Part shown: positions 19,139 to 28,943 of the stretch, piece after piece | Layout: the number at the start of each line of letters is the position of its first letter | Numbering within the stretch: position 1 is the stretch's first letter | Virus record (IMG/VR): IMGVR_UViG_3300044712_002690 | Span: 1-64,000 of that record | Strand: one strand, 5' to 3' | Source: a virus | DNA length: 64,000 nucleotides | Notes under the pieces: model-generated | Databases searched by the model: none | What the model was told of the DNA's origin: nothing | The model's input: the letters and a program-made list of their open reading frames with translations, nothing else | Program-made: the position numbers and the translations under genes

Positions 19139-21445
19139 CTATACAGAAATACTATATTCACCTTCAGAATATTTATGAGTGTAAATACTGTAATAACTGT
19201 ATCTAAAGTTAACAGTATCTCTTCTATCTGTTGGAAGTTCAACACTAATTTGATCAATCTCTTCAATAATCTTTTGATTGAGATAATTCTTGAATAAATC
19301 ATTTAAGAATTTCTCAACTGTAGATTTATAAATTGGTCTATTCGTGATAAGTCTTCCAGTAAATGTTCTATCAATCTGAATGGCGACGTCTCTAGCAATA
19401 TAATGTTTGGCACAGATAATGTTAATATTATTCTTTTCAACACTTGTATTATCTGTAGTTAAATCATCTATAACAACTAGAGCGTCATCTGTACCTAAAC
19501 CAATTAGGAATGCACTAGCAGCTCCACCAAGTTTAAGCATCTCATCAGTATAATAATCTTCATAATCCTCATTAAACAATTCGAGACCCGGAATCGTATT
19601 TCTCATAATTGTTTGTGCTGGATATGAGAATGAATCATGATAAGCTGCTACTGCTGCTCCAATGAAAGAACCATCAACTGTAGTAGCTGTATCTAACTTA
19701 GTTGTAGGATCTTTATAGTAGTAAATTGCTCTTGTAGCATTTACAAAGACAACTGCTTCATTCCTTAAACTATATGCAATTCCTAATACTGAATTAGCAT
19801 CAGACGAATCACCAAGAGAAGTAAGTGCAGGAGCTCCTGTAAAGTACATTCTATATCTTCCATTAGAAGGAAGATTTCTTTCGTTTACATGAAGTATTAC
19901 TGCATTTCTTACTGTCGTAGTACTATTTAAGACTCCTAATGTTTGAATATTCCTATGTTTACATTTTTGTAATGCAGCAACATAGTCACTATTCTGATTA
20001 GAAGGAGGAACTTGAACAGTAGCTATTTTAGGTACACCATACCATTGTAATGCTAAATTAGCTATCATTACAAGAGGATTATCTGGAACATCATCTCCTA
20101 AATCATCTAATACACTTTGGTAATCATTAAATTCTTTATACTTATAGTCATCAGTTGGTCTATTATAAGTATATGTTACAAAGTAATTTCCATTAAAGCC
20201 AATCTTTGGAATAGTTGTAATAGTAAGAACTGTTCCAACCGTAAGCGCATCGAGTTCGCTCTCAACACCAGTTAGTGTAATCGAAGTATCCGCTGCTACT
20301 AAATCATCTCCTACACCAAATGTATATGTGTTCATTCCAACAGTAGCTGATACTTGAACAAATCCAGGTGTACGAGCGAAGATAACCCCACTCGCTAATG
20401 TAAATATCATTTGTCCATTAGCTGCTACGCGTTCAGTTCCGGCTGCTAATGTAACTGTAGATGATGTCCCTGTAGTTGTGTTAGTAATTCTAATATCGCT
20501 ACCAGATACAGCACAAGTAAATCCAGCAGTTGTAATCTGTGCATGAATTAATGCTGCAACAGCAGTATATGTTAATGTACTGGCTGTTAAAATAGAATAC
20601 TCGGTTCCATTAAGTCGGAAATAGTATCTTGTAGTCGCAGCTAAACCAGAAGCATCTCCTCCTGAAATAGTCATACCAAATTCTTGATAGCCTGATGTAG
20701 CATCAGCTCCAGCAACAGCTGTATCAAATGCTGTCCATCCTGTAAGTGATGCAAATAAGTCTGTTCCAGATGTTCCAGCTGCAAGAGTAACATCATTTCC
20801 TGCACCAGCTGTAGTATTTGTAAATCTAATGTCATTAGTTACAAATGTTGCTCTTGCAGGAGCGCCACCATTAATAAGTGCAACATTAATTGCATTTACT
20901 ACATCTGCATAACTTGTAAGAGCAGCACCTGTACTTGTTGTACTAAATGCATATTCAGTGCCGTTTACTTTGAAGTAATAAGTGTCTCCACTTAATCCAG
21001 CATTAACAGTACTAACAACATCTAAACCTGCTTCTTGATAACCAGGAGTAGCAGCAACGCCGCTTACTGCTGTATCTAATGCACTAAATCCAGTCATAGA
21101 CTCAAATAGGTCATAACCTTTAGTACCAGAAGCAATAGTTTTTGTTTCAGTATTGATAACCCAAGTTACTTCTCCGGTAGCTGTATTTACAGTAAAATCT
21201 ACATTTTCCTGTAAATCATTAAGTCCAATTTGTGATCCCGCAGATTCAATTTCATATATACCAGTAGTATAATATGTTAACTGATCTACATATCCAGATG
21301 AAGTTCTAGTAACCTGCTCGTTCTTAACTCTTTTATAAGGACTAGCGGCGCCTATAAAACAAGGCACTCGTTGTGAACTAGTTGGATTAGGAGTTGCGGT
21401 TTGATTTATCTCGGTGATTGTCACACCAGGTAGTGAATATGCCAT
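19139..21445 (-). CDS. Contractile tail sheath protein
   Basis: MAYSLPGVTITEI start, RVPCFIG, C-terminal sheath domain (VDGSFIGAAVAA, DDLTTDNTSVEKNNINII); internal duplicated insertion. Confidence 0.9.
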   Translation of the reverse strand: MAYSLPGVTITEINQTATPNPTSSQRVPCFIGAASPYKRVKNEQVTRTSSGYVDQLTYYTTGIYEIESAGSQIGLNDLQENVDFTVNTATGEVTWVINTETKTIASGTKGYDLFESMTGFSALDTAVSGVAATPGYQEAGLDVVSTVNAGLSGDTYYFKVNGTEYAFSTTSTGAALTSYADVVNAINVALINGGAPARATFVTNDIRFTNTTAGAGNDVTLAAGTSGTDLFASLTGWTAFDTAVAGADATSGYQEFGMTISGGDASGLAATTRYYFRLNGTEYSILTASTLTYTAVAALIHAQITTAGFTCAVSGSDIRITNTTTGTSSTVTLAAGTERVAANGQMIFTLASGVIFARTPGFVQVSATVGMNTYTFGVGDDLVAADTSITLTGVESELDALTVGTVLTITTIPKIGFNGNYFVTYTYNRPTDDYKYKEFNDYQSVLDDLGDDVPDNPLVMIANLALQWYGVPKIATVQVPPSNQNSDYVAALQKCKHRNIQTLGVLNSTTTVRNAVILHVNERNLPSNGRYRMYFTGAPALTSLGDSSDANSVLGIAYSLRNEAVVFVNATRAIYYYKDPTTKLDTATTVDGSFIGAAVAAYHDSFSYPAQTIMRNTIPGLELFNEDYEDYYTDEMLKLGGAASAFLIGLGTDDALVVIDDLTTDNTSVEKNNINIICAKHYIARDVAIQIDRTFTGRLITNRPIYKSTVEKFLNDLFKNYLNQKIIEEIDQISVELPTDRRDTVNFRYSYYSIYTHKYSEGEYSISV

Positions 21446-21499
21446 AACAGTCTCCTTCTAGGTCTTGATTAGATAAAATATAGAAAAACTTCCTCAAAC

Positions 21500-22360
21500 T
21501 TAAGGAAATGAAATAGGTGTACCTGAAGAAGTTTCTTCTTCCTCTTCTTCATATAACCACCATCTAAAGTCTGTTCCTAAATATCCGGAACTTGTATAAT
21601 ATCCTGTGCTTGTAATCATTCCTGTACTACTATATACATAGATAGGTACAAGTATATCCTCATATCCTGAAGAAGTATCAAAACCTTGAGCTTCATGAAT
21701 AAACTCTTGAAAGTTATCACCAACATCAGGAAAGATATATTCTACATAAGAATCAAAAGAAACAGAACATACATAAATTAAACTTGTTTGACTTTTATCT
21801 GCAATTTCTGTTTCGCCTGTAATTGTAATTTTAGATTGACATGGAACAATATTAAAATAAGAAAAATCATCTCCTTTATACATATATTCCCATCTATAAT
21901 AGTGAGAAAAACACATACTTACTAATTCAGCTAACTGCATGCGTAATTCGGGAGAATTAGCTACTATCATTAACTGTATAGGAACATCATACATATTTGC
22001 ATACATATTTCTTCCCGATACAGCACCTGTACTAGAAATATAATAATCCTGATATAAAAAATCATCCGCGCCTAAGAAAGGCTTTTTTTCTTTTTTAGTT
22101 TTTGATGTAATTACAATAACAGGTAATTTTCTTTCGTAAAAAGGAAATTCCCTTTCTATATTTATTCTAGTTCCAGAAGCAGAATTTTGTGTAGTTACAA
22201 TTTCAGGTAATGTTTGTTTATATAAATTAGATCTAGATGAAAAGAATTTAACTAATATATTTTTTAATACAGCTTTAGTTTGTCTTTCAACTTTTTGAAA
22301 GCCAAAGTCAGTTATTGAACCAGAGTAAACCTCTGGGTGTTGAAAACTATCTAAACTCAT
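21500..22360 (-). CDS. Tail completion/terminator protein
   Basis: Upstream of sheath; FPFYERKLPVIVITS..YDVPIQLMIVANSPELRMQLAELV is terminator-like; C-terminal tail rich in SSTG/TSTG/TSSG. Confidence 0.55.
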   Translation of the reverse strand: MSLDSFQHPEVYSGSITDFGFQKVERQTKAVLKNILVKFFSSRSNLYKQTLPEIVTTQNSASGTRINIEREFPFYERKLPVIVITSKTKKEKKPFLGADDFLYQDYYISSTGAVSGRNMYANMYDVPIQLMIVANSPELRMQLAELVSMCFSHYYRWEYMYKGDDFSYFNIVPCQSKITITGETEIADKSQTSLIYVCSVSFDSYVEYIFPDVGDNFQEFIHEAQGFDTSSGYEDILVPIYVYSSTGMITSTGYYTSSGYLGTDFRWWLYEEEEEETSSGTPISFP

Positions 22361-22569
22361 TCTGCACTACACATAAGGGTTTTATCATGAGAATCAATAT
22401 CGTAATGAACTTGTTCTAAATATTCACAAGTAGTTGTACCTAAAACACAACAAGACTCACCGTTACTATTATGCGGTACTTCATTACTACCATCTTTTGG
22501 ACAATACGTAGGTACTACTTCAAACAGTTTGTCCTCAACTACAATCCTACCTATTAAAATTTCCTGCAT
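22357..22569 (-). CDS. Small Cys-containing hypothetical protein
   Basis: 70 aa, five Cys, coupled by a 4-bp overlap. Confidence 0.5.
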   Translation of the reverse strand: MQEILIGRIVVEDKLFEVVPTYCPKDGSNEVPHNSNGESCCVLGTTTCEYLEQVHYDIDSHDKTLMCSAE

Positions 22570-22573
22570 CTTA

Positions 22574-23326
22574 TTATCCGTTTAATTCTGCTTTCGCTTG
22601 ATTAAGATACATTACTGCTCTTTTAGCATCCTCTAATGTTAAAAAACTAATTGCTTTTTCTATATTTTTATTTACATTAGAAAATGGTAATAAATCTTCT
22701 ACCAGATTTATCAATGGACTAGCTCTATCAGGATTTCTATTATTACTTCTTATTATATATAATACAATATCAATACTTGAAAGCGCGCTATTAATTATAT
22801 TTTGAGGATTATCTTGATCAGTATAATCCTCAGGTCCATCTTGCATTGCATAAAGCTCACCTTGAAAAAATCCAATAGTAAATAGAAATTTTTTAGCTAA
22901 TTCAGGTTCATACCAACTAACATCTTGTGATTCTTGAAATGTAAGCTCTGGAGTTGAATATATTTTGACTGCATCTTCAAATGGTTCAAGAGGACTAAAT
23001 TCAATAACAAAAAGAACAGAAACAAGATCTGCAACAAATTTTTGAAGTAATGGACTAGTTTGAAAAGCATCTTGGTCAGTAAAGAAAGCATGGAGTAAAG
23101 AAATTAAATAATTATTTGCTTCTTCTATAAAAGACTTACGACTACCTGTATTTACAAATAAAGATTCATAAGTTTCAGGTTTTGTCATACGACCAATCTT
23201 ACCTTGCACTATTTCAGTAAGAAGAGTATTAGTATCAACTTTTAGTGATTCGGGTGGGTCGTTTGTGGAAGATAAAGATATAACTTCCCCAGATAGTCTT
23301 GTATAAAAGATGTCAAATTTATCCAT
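22574..23326 (-). CDS. Acidic hypothetical protein with FYTRLSG leader
   Basis: 250 aa, starts MDKFDIFYTRLSGE. Confidence 0.55.
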   Translation of the reverse strand: MDKFDIFYTRLSGEVISLSSTNDPPESLKVDTNTLLTEIVQGKIGRMTKPETYESLFVNTGSRKSFIEEANNYLISLLHAFFTDQDAFQTSPLLQKFVADLVSVLFVIEFSPLEPFEDAVKIYSTPELTFQESQDVSWYEPELAKKFLFTIGFFQGELYAMQDGPEDYTDQDNPQNIINSALSSIDIVLYIIRSNNRNPDRASPLINLVEDLLPFSNVNKNIEKAISFLTLEDAKRAVMYLNQAKAELNG

Positions 23327-23787
23327 TACTCTTTTTCCCCTACTTTTTCCTCTCTTGCTTCATCAGCTATTTCTCTTCTAGCTAAGTGGGGTTGCCCTTC
23401 AAATTCAACAATAGACCATTCAATGCTACCATATCTTGAACGGAATCTATTATTTCCAATCTTTTCTACTGCTCTTCTTACTTCAGGTGTAAGTTTTATC
23501 ATCTTTACAGTAGCCATTCTTTTATGAACTTCTTTTTGTCTTTCAACTGCTTCAACAGTACTTCTCATGAAAGAAGAATATATTTTATTATCTTCAAATA
23601 GCTCTTTACCAGATCTTTGTAAGAATTTTGCTTGTGCGTAACTAATTTCTTTTCCTACATCTTCTTTAACAATATTTTTTATATCGTTAGCAGATAATCT
23701 AGATTCTTTCCATGTATCAAGAGCTGTTTTAAAATTATATCCTGATGCTTTATATTCTTCTTCTAAATCAAGTAAAAAAGTATCCAT
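23326..23787 (-). CDS. Hypothetical protein (possible virion component)
   Basis: 153 aa, AGGAG RBS; C-terminal EKIGNNRFRS..EWSI faintly resembles ORF 59356. Confidence 0.5.
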   Translation of the reverse strand: MDTFLLDLEEEYKASGYNFKTALDTWKESRLSANDIKNIVKEDVGKEISYAQAKFLQRSGKELFEDNKIYSSFMRSTVEAVERQKEVHKRMATVKMIKLTPEVRRAVEKIGNNRFRSRYGSIEWSIVEFEGQPHLARREIADEAREEKVGEKE

Positions 23788-23839
23788 AGTATTTCTCCTG
23801 TAAGGAAGTTAAAAAAATAATAGAAAAGTACTTCAGTTA

Positions 23840-24871
23840 TTAAGAAAGAAGATCAAGAACTTTTATAATATCGTCTTTATCTCTTAAATATGATGTTTTA
23901 AACTCATTATGTAGTACTCTTAAATCAGGACCGTGGACATAAGGAGTTAAACTTTGAATTTCAAAGTATCTATTTGCAAATGCTCCTTGTAAAAACATGA
24001 TAATATCACTGTCTTTAATACCCGCTTCAGGTAATGTCCACCACCATAATGGCCAATCTGTAGTCCAACCTATATCTCTATCCTGTTTAATTTCTACAGT
24101 TTGTTGTTCTCTAGCAGCAAGAAATGCTGGTATATCAATTGGGAATCTGGGATCAATCTCAATTAGTTTTCTTTGTTTTCTATATCTAAATTTAATACTA
24201 TTAAACTCTGGTGAAAGTGAATTAGCTGCTTTCTTTTGTAATACAATTCTAAATCTAATGTATTCCGTACCTTGTGGTAAAGAAAAGGAACCTTGTTTGT
24301 TTCCTAATCTATTAGTTGTATAAGCAGTCATTGTTATTTGAGTCCAGGTAGTGTCATCAGTAGAATAATAGTATCTTATTCTATTTTGATCTGCTTGTGT
24401 AGACTCAGTTGCTAAAAATCTATCAACTTCTCTAAATCTTTCTAATGAAAATCTTTCTGTAGTGATTGTTCCTTGTGTTTGTGTTGGCGAAGAAATGATA
24501 AATTTAGAATTTCTCTCGCCGCTTATTACAACGAAAGCATCTTTAGTTACAGTTGAAGTTGTAGTTACTGTATGTTCGTGATACCCATACTTTTGATAAC
24601 CACTTAAATATCCTGTACCCATACAAACAAAATGATTTCTATCAGGTTGATTTTTATCACCTGTTGTCCAACAGTAGCATTTAGTTTCATTAGTGGGTGC
24701 AGTACCATAGAAAGTAATAGAGGTATTTCTAAAATAAGTACATGGGCTACCAGCACCACGCATTTTAGTACGAGATTGAGCTAAAATATGATCATAGATT
24801 TGAAATCTATCAATAACTCCACGAATTTCTGTTCTAGGTCTCTGAGGCCAACGCAATTTATGCCTCCTCAC
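23840..24871 (-). CDS. Neck / head-closure protein
   Basis: Cys motif (CTYF..CYCW..HFVCMGTGY) and C-terminal WWTLPEAGIKDSDIIMF..RYFEIQSL; neck position. Confidence 0.5.
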   Translation of the reverse strand: MRRHKLRWPQRPRTEIRGVIDRFQIYDHILAQSRTKMRGAGSPCTYFRNTSITFYGTAPTNETKCYCWTTGDKNQPDRNHFVCMGTGYLSGYQKYGYHEHTVTTTSTVTKDAFVVISGERNSKFIISSPTQTQGTITTERFSLERFREVDRFLATESTQADQNRIRYYYSTDDTTWTQITMTAYTTNRLGNKQGSFSLPQGTEYIRFRIVLQKKAANSLSPEFNSIKFRYRKQRKLIEIDPRFPIDIPAFLAAREQQTVEIKQDRDIGWTTDWPLWWWTLPEAGIKDSDIIMFLQGAFANRYFEIQSLTPYVHGPDLRVLHNEFKTSYLRDKDDIIKVLDLLS

Positions 24872-25319
24872 TCATAGTTCTAAATTTCTTTTCACAAGTA
24901 TTTGCAATCTTATGTGCAGTTTCATAATCAAGATTAAATTTTTCCATTATACTTCTTTCAATAAATTCATGAAGAATAATGTATTTAAATGTATCACTAT
25001 CTAAATTTGAATCAATCCAAATTTCTTTTTCTGGTATCCAATCGTACACTAAATCGTGTCCACCCTCAACGTAATCCATATCTACTTTCTTTTCTACAAC
25101 ATCTCCGTCTACTAAGAAAATAGATATCCCTTCTATCTCACCAATCTTTTGTTTAAGAAGCTCATTAAAATAATTCTTTTCTAGTGTATGAACAGATCTA
25201 ATTGCATACTCTATATCATGATCGGTAACATATTTAGATATGTCACCTTCATAGGTATCATCAGATCCATAATATATTCTAATTAAATTATCCAATGATC
25301 TAACTTTAGAGATTTTCAT
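24858..25319 (-). CDS. Hypothetical protein with HExxE..AH motif (zincin-like)
   Basis: IILHEFIERSIM...YETAHKIA. Confidence 0.45.
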   Translation of the reverse strand: MKISKVRSLDNLIRIYYGSDDTYEGDISKYVTDHDIEYAIRSVHTLEKNYFNELLKQKIGEIEGISIFLVDGDVVEKKVDMDYVEGGHDLVYDWIPEKEIWIDSNLDSDTFKYIILHEFIERSIMEKFNLDYETAHKIANTCEKKFRTMSEEA

Positions 25320-26322
25320 TCAATCCCTCTAGTCCAATAAAGAATTTTGCACAAACTGATAGCAGGAGTGAATTCTTACTTGTTATAACAAGTGTTTTTA
25401 AATCATCTACTGAGATCCAAAAACTTAATGACATCTCTTCGTATGATGTACCATCTGTTGTAGGTGTTGTTTGTTTAGCCCCATCTGTAAAAACGAAAAA
25501 CAAAGTATCTGGAATAGGATTATTTCTTCCATGATAAATTTCACCAAAATCTACATATCGTGATTCGTCTGATAAAATCAGACCTGCTTCTTCTTTTAAT
25601 TCTCTAATAGCAGTTTGTATTGGACCTTCACCTTCGTCGCTTCTTCCTGAAAGTAAAGAAATATTTTCTTCAAAAAGTTCTGACGGTTCTCGTCTAAGAA
25701 GAACTTCTATGCTATTATTCACTTGTCTAATGGGTAATAGTACTACACCAGGTTTTGTTGTTACATAAACATAGTCACCAGGTGTTTTTCTTAATGTTAT
25801 CCAAGGCGTGGAATATAAAACTTCATCTTTATTATATTCATAAGAAGCTTTTCTTTTTTCTGAAAAAACAGATTCAAGCTCTTTAATAGTCTTATCTATA
25901 GATGTATGATGTATTCCAATTCCACCTTTCTTTTTAAACTTATCTATATTTTCTTTTTTATCGTCTATTAATATACTATTGGGTGAAGCATATTGTTCTT
26001 TCTTATTTGAAAAAATAACATCTACATCACCAATATATTTTTTAGCCCATTTCTTTTTATCATCTCTGCATTCTTTAACGGAATCAGCAGGAGTAGTTAA
26101 TAAAGATACTTCTTTATCTGATACAAATTCTAATAGTTTGTCATAACCTGGAAGGGGTTTTAAATTTAGCCAGAAATGAGGAATTTCATCAAGTTTTTTC
26201 CAAACTTTATAATCGCCCCATTTTTTAAATCCTTCTGCAGGAAGAACACCAAGGATGGCTTTGAATCCAAAATCAAAGTCAGCTAGTACTCCATCCATAT
26301 CTAAAAATACTTTCCATTTCAT
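25306..26322 (-). CDS. HAD 5'(3')-deoxyribonucleotidase-like / Nudix hydrolase fusion
   Basis: FLDMDGVLADF and ILIDD HAD motifs; complete Nudix box GRSDEGEGPIQTAIRELKEEAGL; start moved to the ATG at 26322, just after the upstream stop. Confidence 0.85.
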   Translation of the reverse strand: MKWKVFLDMDGVLADFDFGFKAILGVLPAEGFKKWGDYKVWKKLDEIPHFWLNLKPLPGYDKLLEFVSDKEVSLLTTPADSVKECRDDKKKWAKKYIGDVDVIFSNKKEQYASPNSILIDDKKENIDKFKKKGGIGIHHTSIDKTIKELESVFSEKRKASYEYNKDEVLYSTPWITLRKTPGDYVYVTTKPGVVLLPIRQVNNSIEVLLRREPSELFEENISLLSGRSDEGEGPIQTAIRELKEEAGLILSDESRYVDFGEIYHGRNNPIPDTLFFVFTDGAKQTTPTTDGTSYEEMSLSFWISVDDLKTLVITSKNSLLLSVCAKFFIGLEGLNENL

Positions 26323-26323
26323 T

Positions 26324-26656
26324 TTACCAGTTCTCATCTCCGGGTGTAGCTTCTCCTTGTGAGGGGCCACCAATTAAAGAAAACAGATTAACTGTTGTCG
26401 AATCAGGGATAGTAACTGTTTCTATGAGCGCTAATTCTTGTATTGTAACAACATAATTAACATTTCTTACAAGAGCTAAAGAAAATGTACCATCTGTTTC
26501 TGAGATAGTCCATCTGTGTAAACATACTAGTCCTTCTGTTCCAGTACTAGTAGTTATGTATGTAGGAGTAGTTGCAGGAGTAGCATAAATACGAGCACCT
26601 TCTGCAGGAGTACCATCTGGTCTTATAAGTGTACCTGTAAGAAGGCATGTAGCCAT
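26324..26656 (-). CDS. Small beta-rich (Ig/carboxypeptidase-regulatory-like) structural protein
   Basis: LTGTLIRPDGTPAEGARI...TDGTFSLALV pattern; TSTG motif. Confidence 0.45.
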   Translation of the reverse strand: MATCLLTGTLIRPDGTPAEGARIYATPATTPTYITTSTGTEGLVCLHRWTISETDGTFSLALVRNVNYVVTIQELALIETVTIPDSTTVNLFSLIGGPSQGEATPGDENW

Positions 26657-26658
26657 TA

Positions 26659-27024
26659 TTAGTCCTCAGTTTCTTTAACTAAAATGTTTCCATCAACATA
26701 AGCTTTTATTAATCTGGCTACTCCTTCTTGTAAAGAGTACCCATCATCAATACATTTTTCTTTAAATTGTTGATGAAGTGTTTCTGGTATTCGATAAGTA
26801 AATCCGGTAATTTTACTTCCTGTCATTTCTAACCAGAGCTGTAATTTTTTTTCAGTTGCATCTTTTGGAGTATTAGTATCTGCTAAAAGTGAATTTACAT
26901 CCTCAACGCGTTGTAATGTTGAAGAAACTAAATCTCTTACAACAGATACTTCAATACCCAAACATAAAAGAAGATCAAGAAGCTTTTCTTTTTCTTCTCT
27001 AGTCACTCTTTGTTCTCTTAGCAA
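26659..27024 (-). CDS. Ribbon-helix-helix DNA-binding protein
   Basis: C-terminal TGFTYRIPETLHQQFKEKCIDDGYSLQEGVARLIKAYV is Arc/CopG-like. Confidence 0.55.
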   Translation of the reverse strand: MLREQRVTREEKEKLLDLLLCLGIEVSVVRDLVSSTLQRVEDVNSLLADTNTPKDATEKKLQLWLEMTGSKITGFTYRIPETLHQQFKEKCIDDGYSLQEGVARLIKAYVDGNILVKETED

Positions 27025-27235
27025 TGCTTAACAGACTTTTTCTGTGCATTTCATATTCAAGAACATTTACTAATGCTTCACCATTTGTTAAAGCTAACGA
27101 AAGCTCTTTACATTTATCTTCATCTTTAAAAGACCATTCTTTCGTTCTATAATTATAGTCATCAGCTAGCTGAACACCTTTACACTTTAAGAAGGAGGCC
27201 AGCGGCAAGTCAGTCGTTTTGAAAATATCTTGCAT
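26999..27235 (-). CDS. Small phage protein, DUF5659-like
   Basis: FKTTDLPLASFLKCKGVQL N-terminus, recognised by eye. Confidence 0.4.
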   Translation of the reverse strand: MQDIFKTTDLPLASFLKCKGVQLADDYNYRTKEWSFKDEDKCKELSLALTNGEALVNVLEYEMHRKSLLSIAKRTKSD

Positions 27236-27254
27236 ATAGATTCTTCCTTGATAA

Positions 27255-28244
27255 TTAGATCATACCGCGCTGCTTGAGTGCACGCCACTTTGCATTGTCA
27301 GTAATTCCTACAGGCGAGGGTTCCATATTAAATGTTTCATAGAATTTTTGTTCATCTTCTTTTCTATGAATATTTTCACCTGTATTAGAAAAAGGGTTCT
27401 TCTTAAAGGAATAGTTAGGTTCTAGCTTTCTAAAAGAATAGGTATTAAGTTCTTCATAAATATTCTTTTGAAGAAGAGGTATAATTTTTCTTCCTCTAGT
27501 AACAAATGTAGGAACTTGTATTAACCCATTCAATATAGGCATTTCAACCCTAAAATCAAATCTGTAATCATTGTTTGGTATCATCATATTAATTGAAACA
27601 ATACCATTTTCAATAGTCCCATCTTCAAATGTGCTTGTAATTTGAGTTGCGATTAAGTTATAATCAGGAACTATATTTAGCATAGGAACAATTATTTTAT
27701 CTAACACATTAGTAGCAATAGGATATAATTGTTCTTTATATGCACCTTCAGTATCGAAACTTCCTCTTTCAGGAATTTTCTTTTCTTTAAGTTCATTAAG
27801 TTCTTTTTGCAAAGAAGAAATCTGTCTAGCAAATTCTTCTTTCATTTCTTCTTTAATTTGTATAATTCTTTCTTCGCGTTCAAGATCTTGAACCGAATCT
27901 TTTAATCCCTGTACTTCTCTTCCTAAATCACTGACTTCAATAGCACGGGACACTTCTTCTTTAAGAATATCCAAAGTTTGTTGATCTACTCCTTTATTAG
28001 GAGACACAGCTGGTAGAGGTTTTGTAGAATCTATAGGAGCAGTTGCACTACCAGGAGTAGGAGGAGTAACAGGACTGCCAGCAGGAGAAGTAGGTCCTCC
28101 TGCTGGTTGATCCTTCTTTGCTTTCCCAATTGGAGGAATCTCAACAGCTTTTTTCTTAACAAGAGAAGCATTATTTATTTCAGGATATACTACATCCATA
28201 AAGTCTATCATCTCCTCTTTTCTATTTTTTGATTCCTCAGTCAT
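27255..28244 (-). CDS. Hypothetical protein with Pro-rich linker and coiled coil
   Basis: 329 aa; PAGGPTSPAGSPVTPPTPG then a heptad region. Confidence 0.55.
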   Translation of the reverse strand: MTEESKNRKEEMIDFMDVVYPEINNASLVKKKAVEIPPIGKAKKDQPAGGPTSPAGSPVTPPTPGSATAPIDSTKPLPAVSPNKGVDQQTLDILKEEVSRAIEVSDLGREVQGLKDSVQDLEREERIIQIKEEMKEEFARQISSLQKELNELKEKKIPERGSFDTEGAYKEQLYPIATNVLDKIIVPMLNIVPDYNLIATQITSTFEDGTIENGIVSINMMIPNNDYRFDFRVEMPILNGLIQVPTFVTRGRKIIPLLQKNIYEELNTYSFRKLEPNYSFKKNPFSNTGENIHRKEDEQKFYETFNMEPSPVGITDNAKWRALKQRGMI

Positions 28245-28246
28245 GA

Positions 28247-28870
28247 TTATGCTTGTCCAGCGCGTTTAGATGTAATAGTAACTTCATCAGCTGTTGTAGA
28301 GGTTGTGTAATCATAGAAAATCACATCACCCTCAGCTAAAGTAGTAAAGTCACCTTTGATCAATCTAATTCTATCTGATCCAAATAATGAAGCATAACTT
28401 CTTTGGTAGCTAACAGTAACAGCCTGACCAGCAGTAGGTGCAGATGCTAAACTTACTTCAACAGTACCAGTAACTTTATTTAAAATATTAATTAGACCAG
28501 CACTATCAGAATCACTTCCAAATAAAGCTGAGCATTCAGTATATTTATATGGTGAGTAAGATCCAGCACTTGTATAGAAATAGCCATCACCTAAAAGTGT
28601 TCCCATTCCTGTACTTGTAACGATCTTTAACCCAGTAGATGTTTCTAAAGAATAATCATAAATAGTTTTGCTTGTACCAGCAACTTTAAATGTTAATGAT
28701 CCTTCTTCAACGATAGGTTGTAATGTTCCAGAAAATGTTTTTTCTGTATTATCTCCAGTACCTATTCCAGAATTCGTTAATGCAAGATCTTCTAGTAGTT
28801 TATATTCTTCAACAAGTGCTATTTCTTTTGTTTCTGATATAAACTTTATTGTACCCTTATATTCAGCCAT
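28247..28870 (-). CDS. S/T/G-rich probable virion structural protein
   Basis: 207 aa, beta-rich; ASAPTAGQAVTVSY segment; two TSTG motifs. Confidence 0.5.
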   Translation of the reverse strand: MAEYKGTIKFISETKEIALVEEYKLLEDLALTNSGIGTGDNTEKTFSGTLQPIVEEGSLTFKVAGTSKTIYDYSLETSTGLKIVTSTGMGTLLGDGYFYTSAGSYSPYKYTECSALFGSDSDSAGLINILNKVTGTVEVSLASAPTAGQAVTVSYQRSYASLFGSDRIRLIKGDFTTLAEGDVIFYDYTTSTTADEVTITSKRAGQA

Positions 28871-28943
28871 AATTAATCTCCTTCACGGATAAGATGAGTT
28901 CTCATAAAATATTAAATAATCACAAAATATTTTAAGTGTATAT

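Noticed and set aside
77-21445. Standalone contractile injection system (eCIS, tailocin, T6SS)
   Set aside because: Portal, protease, scaffold, MCP and replication genes lie on the same contiguous segment, so this is a phage tail
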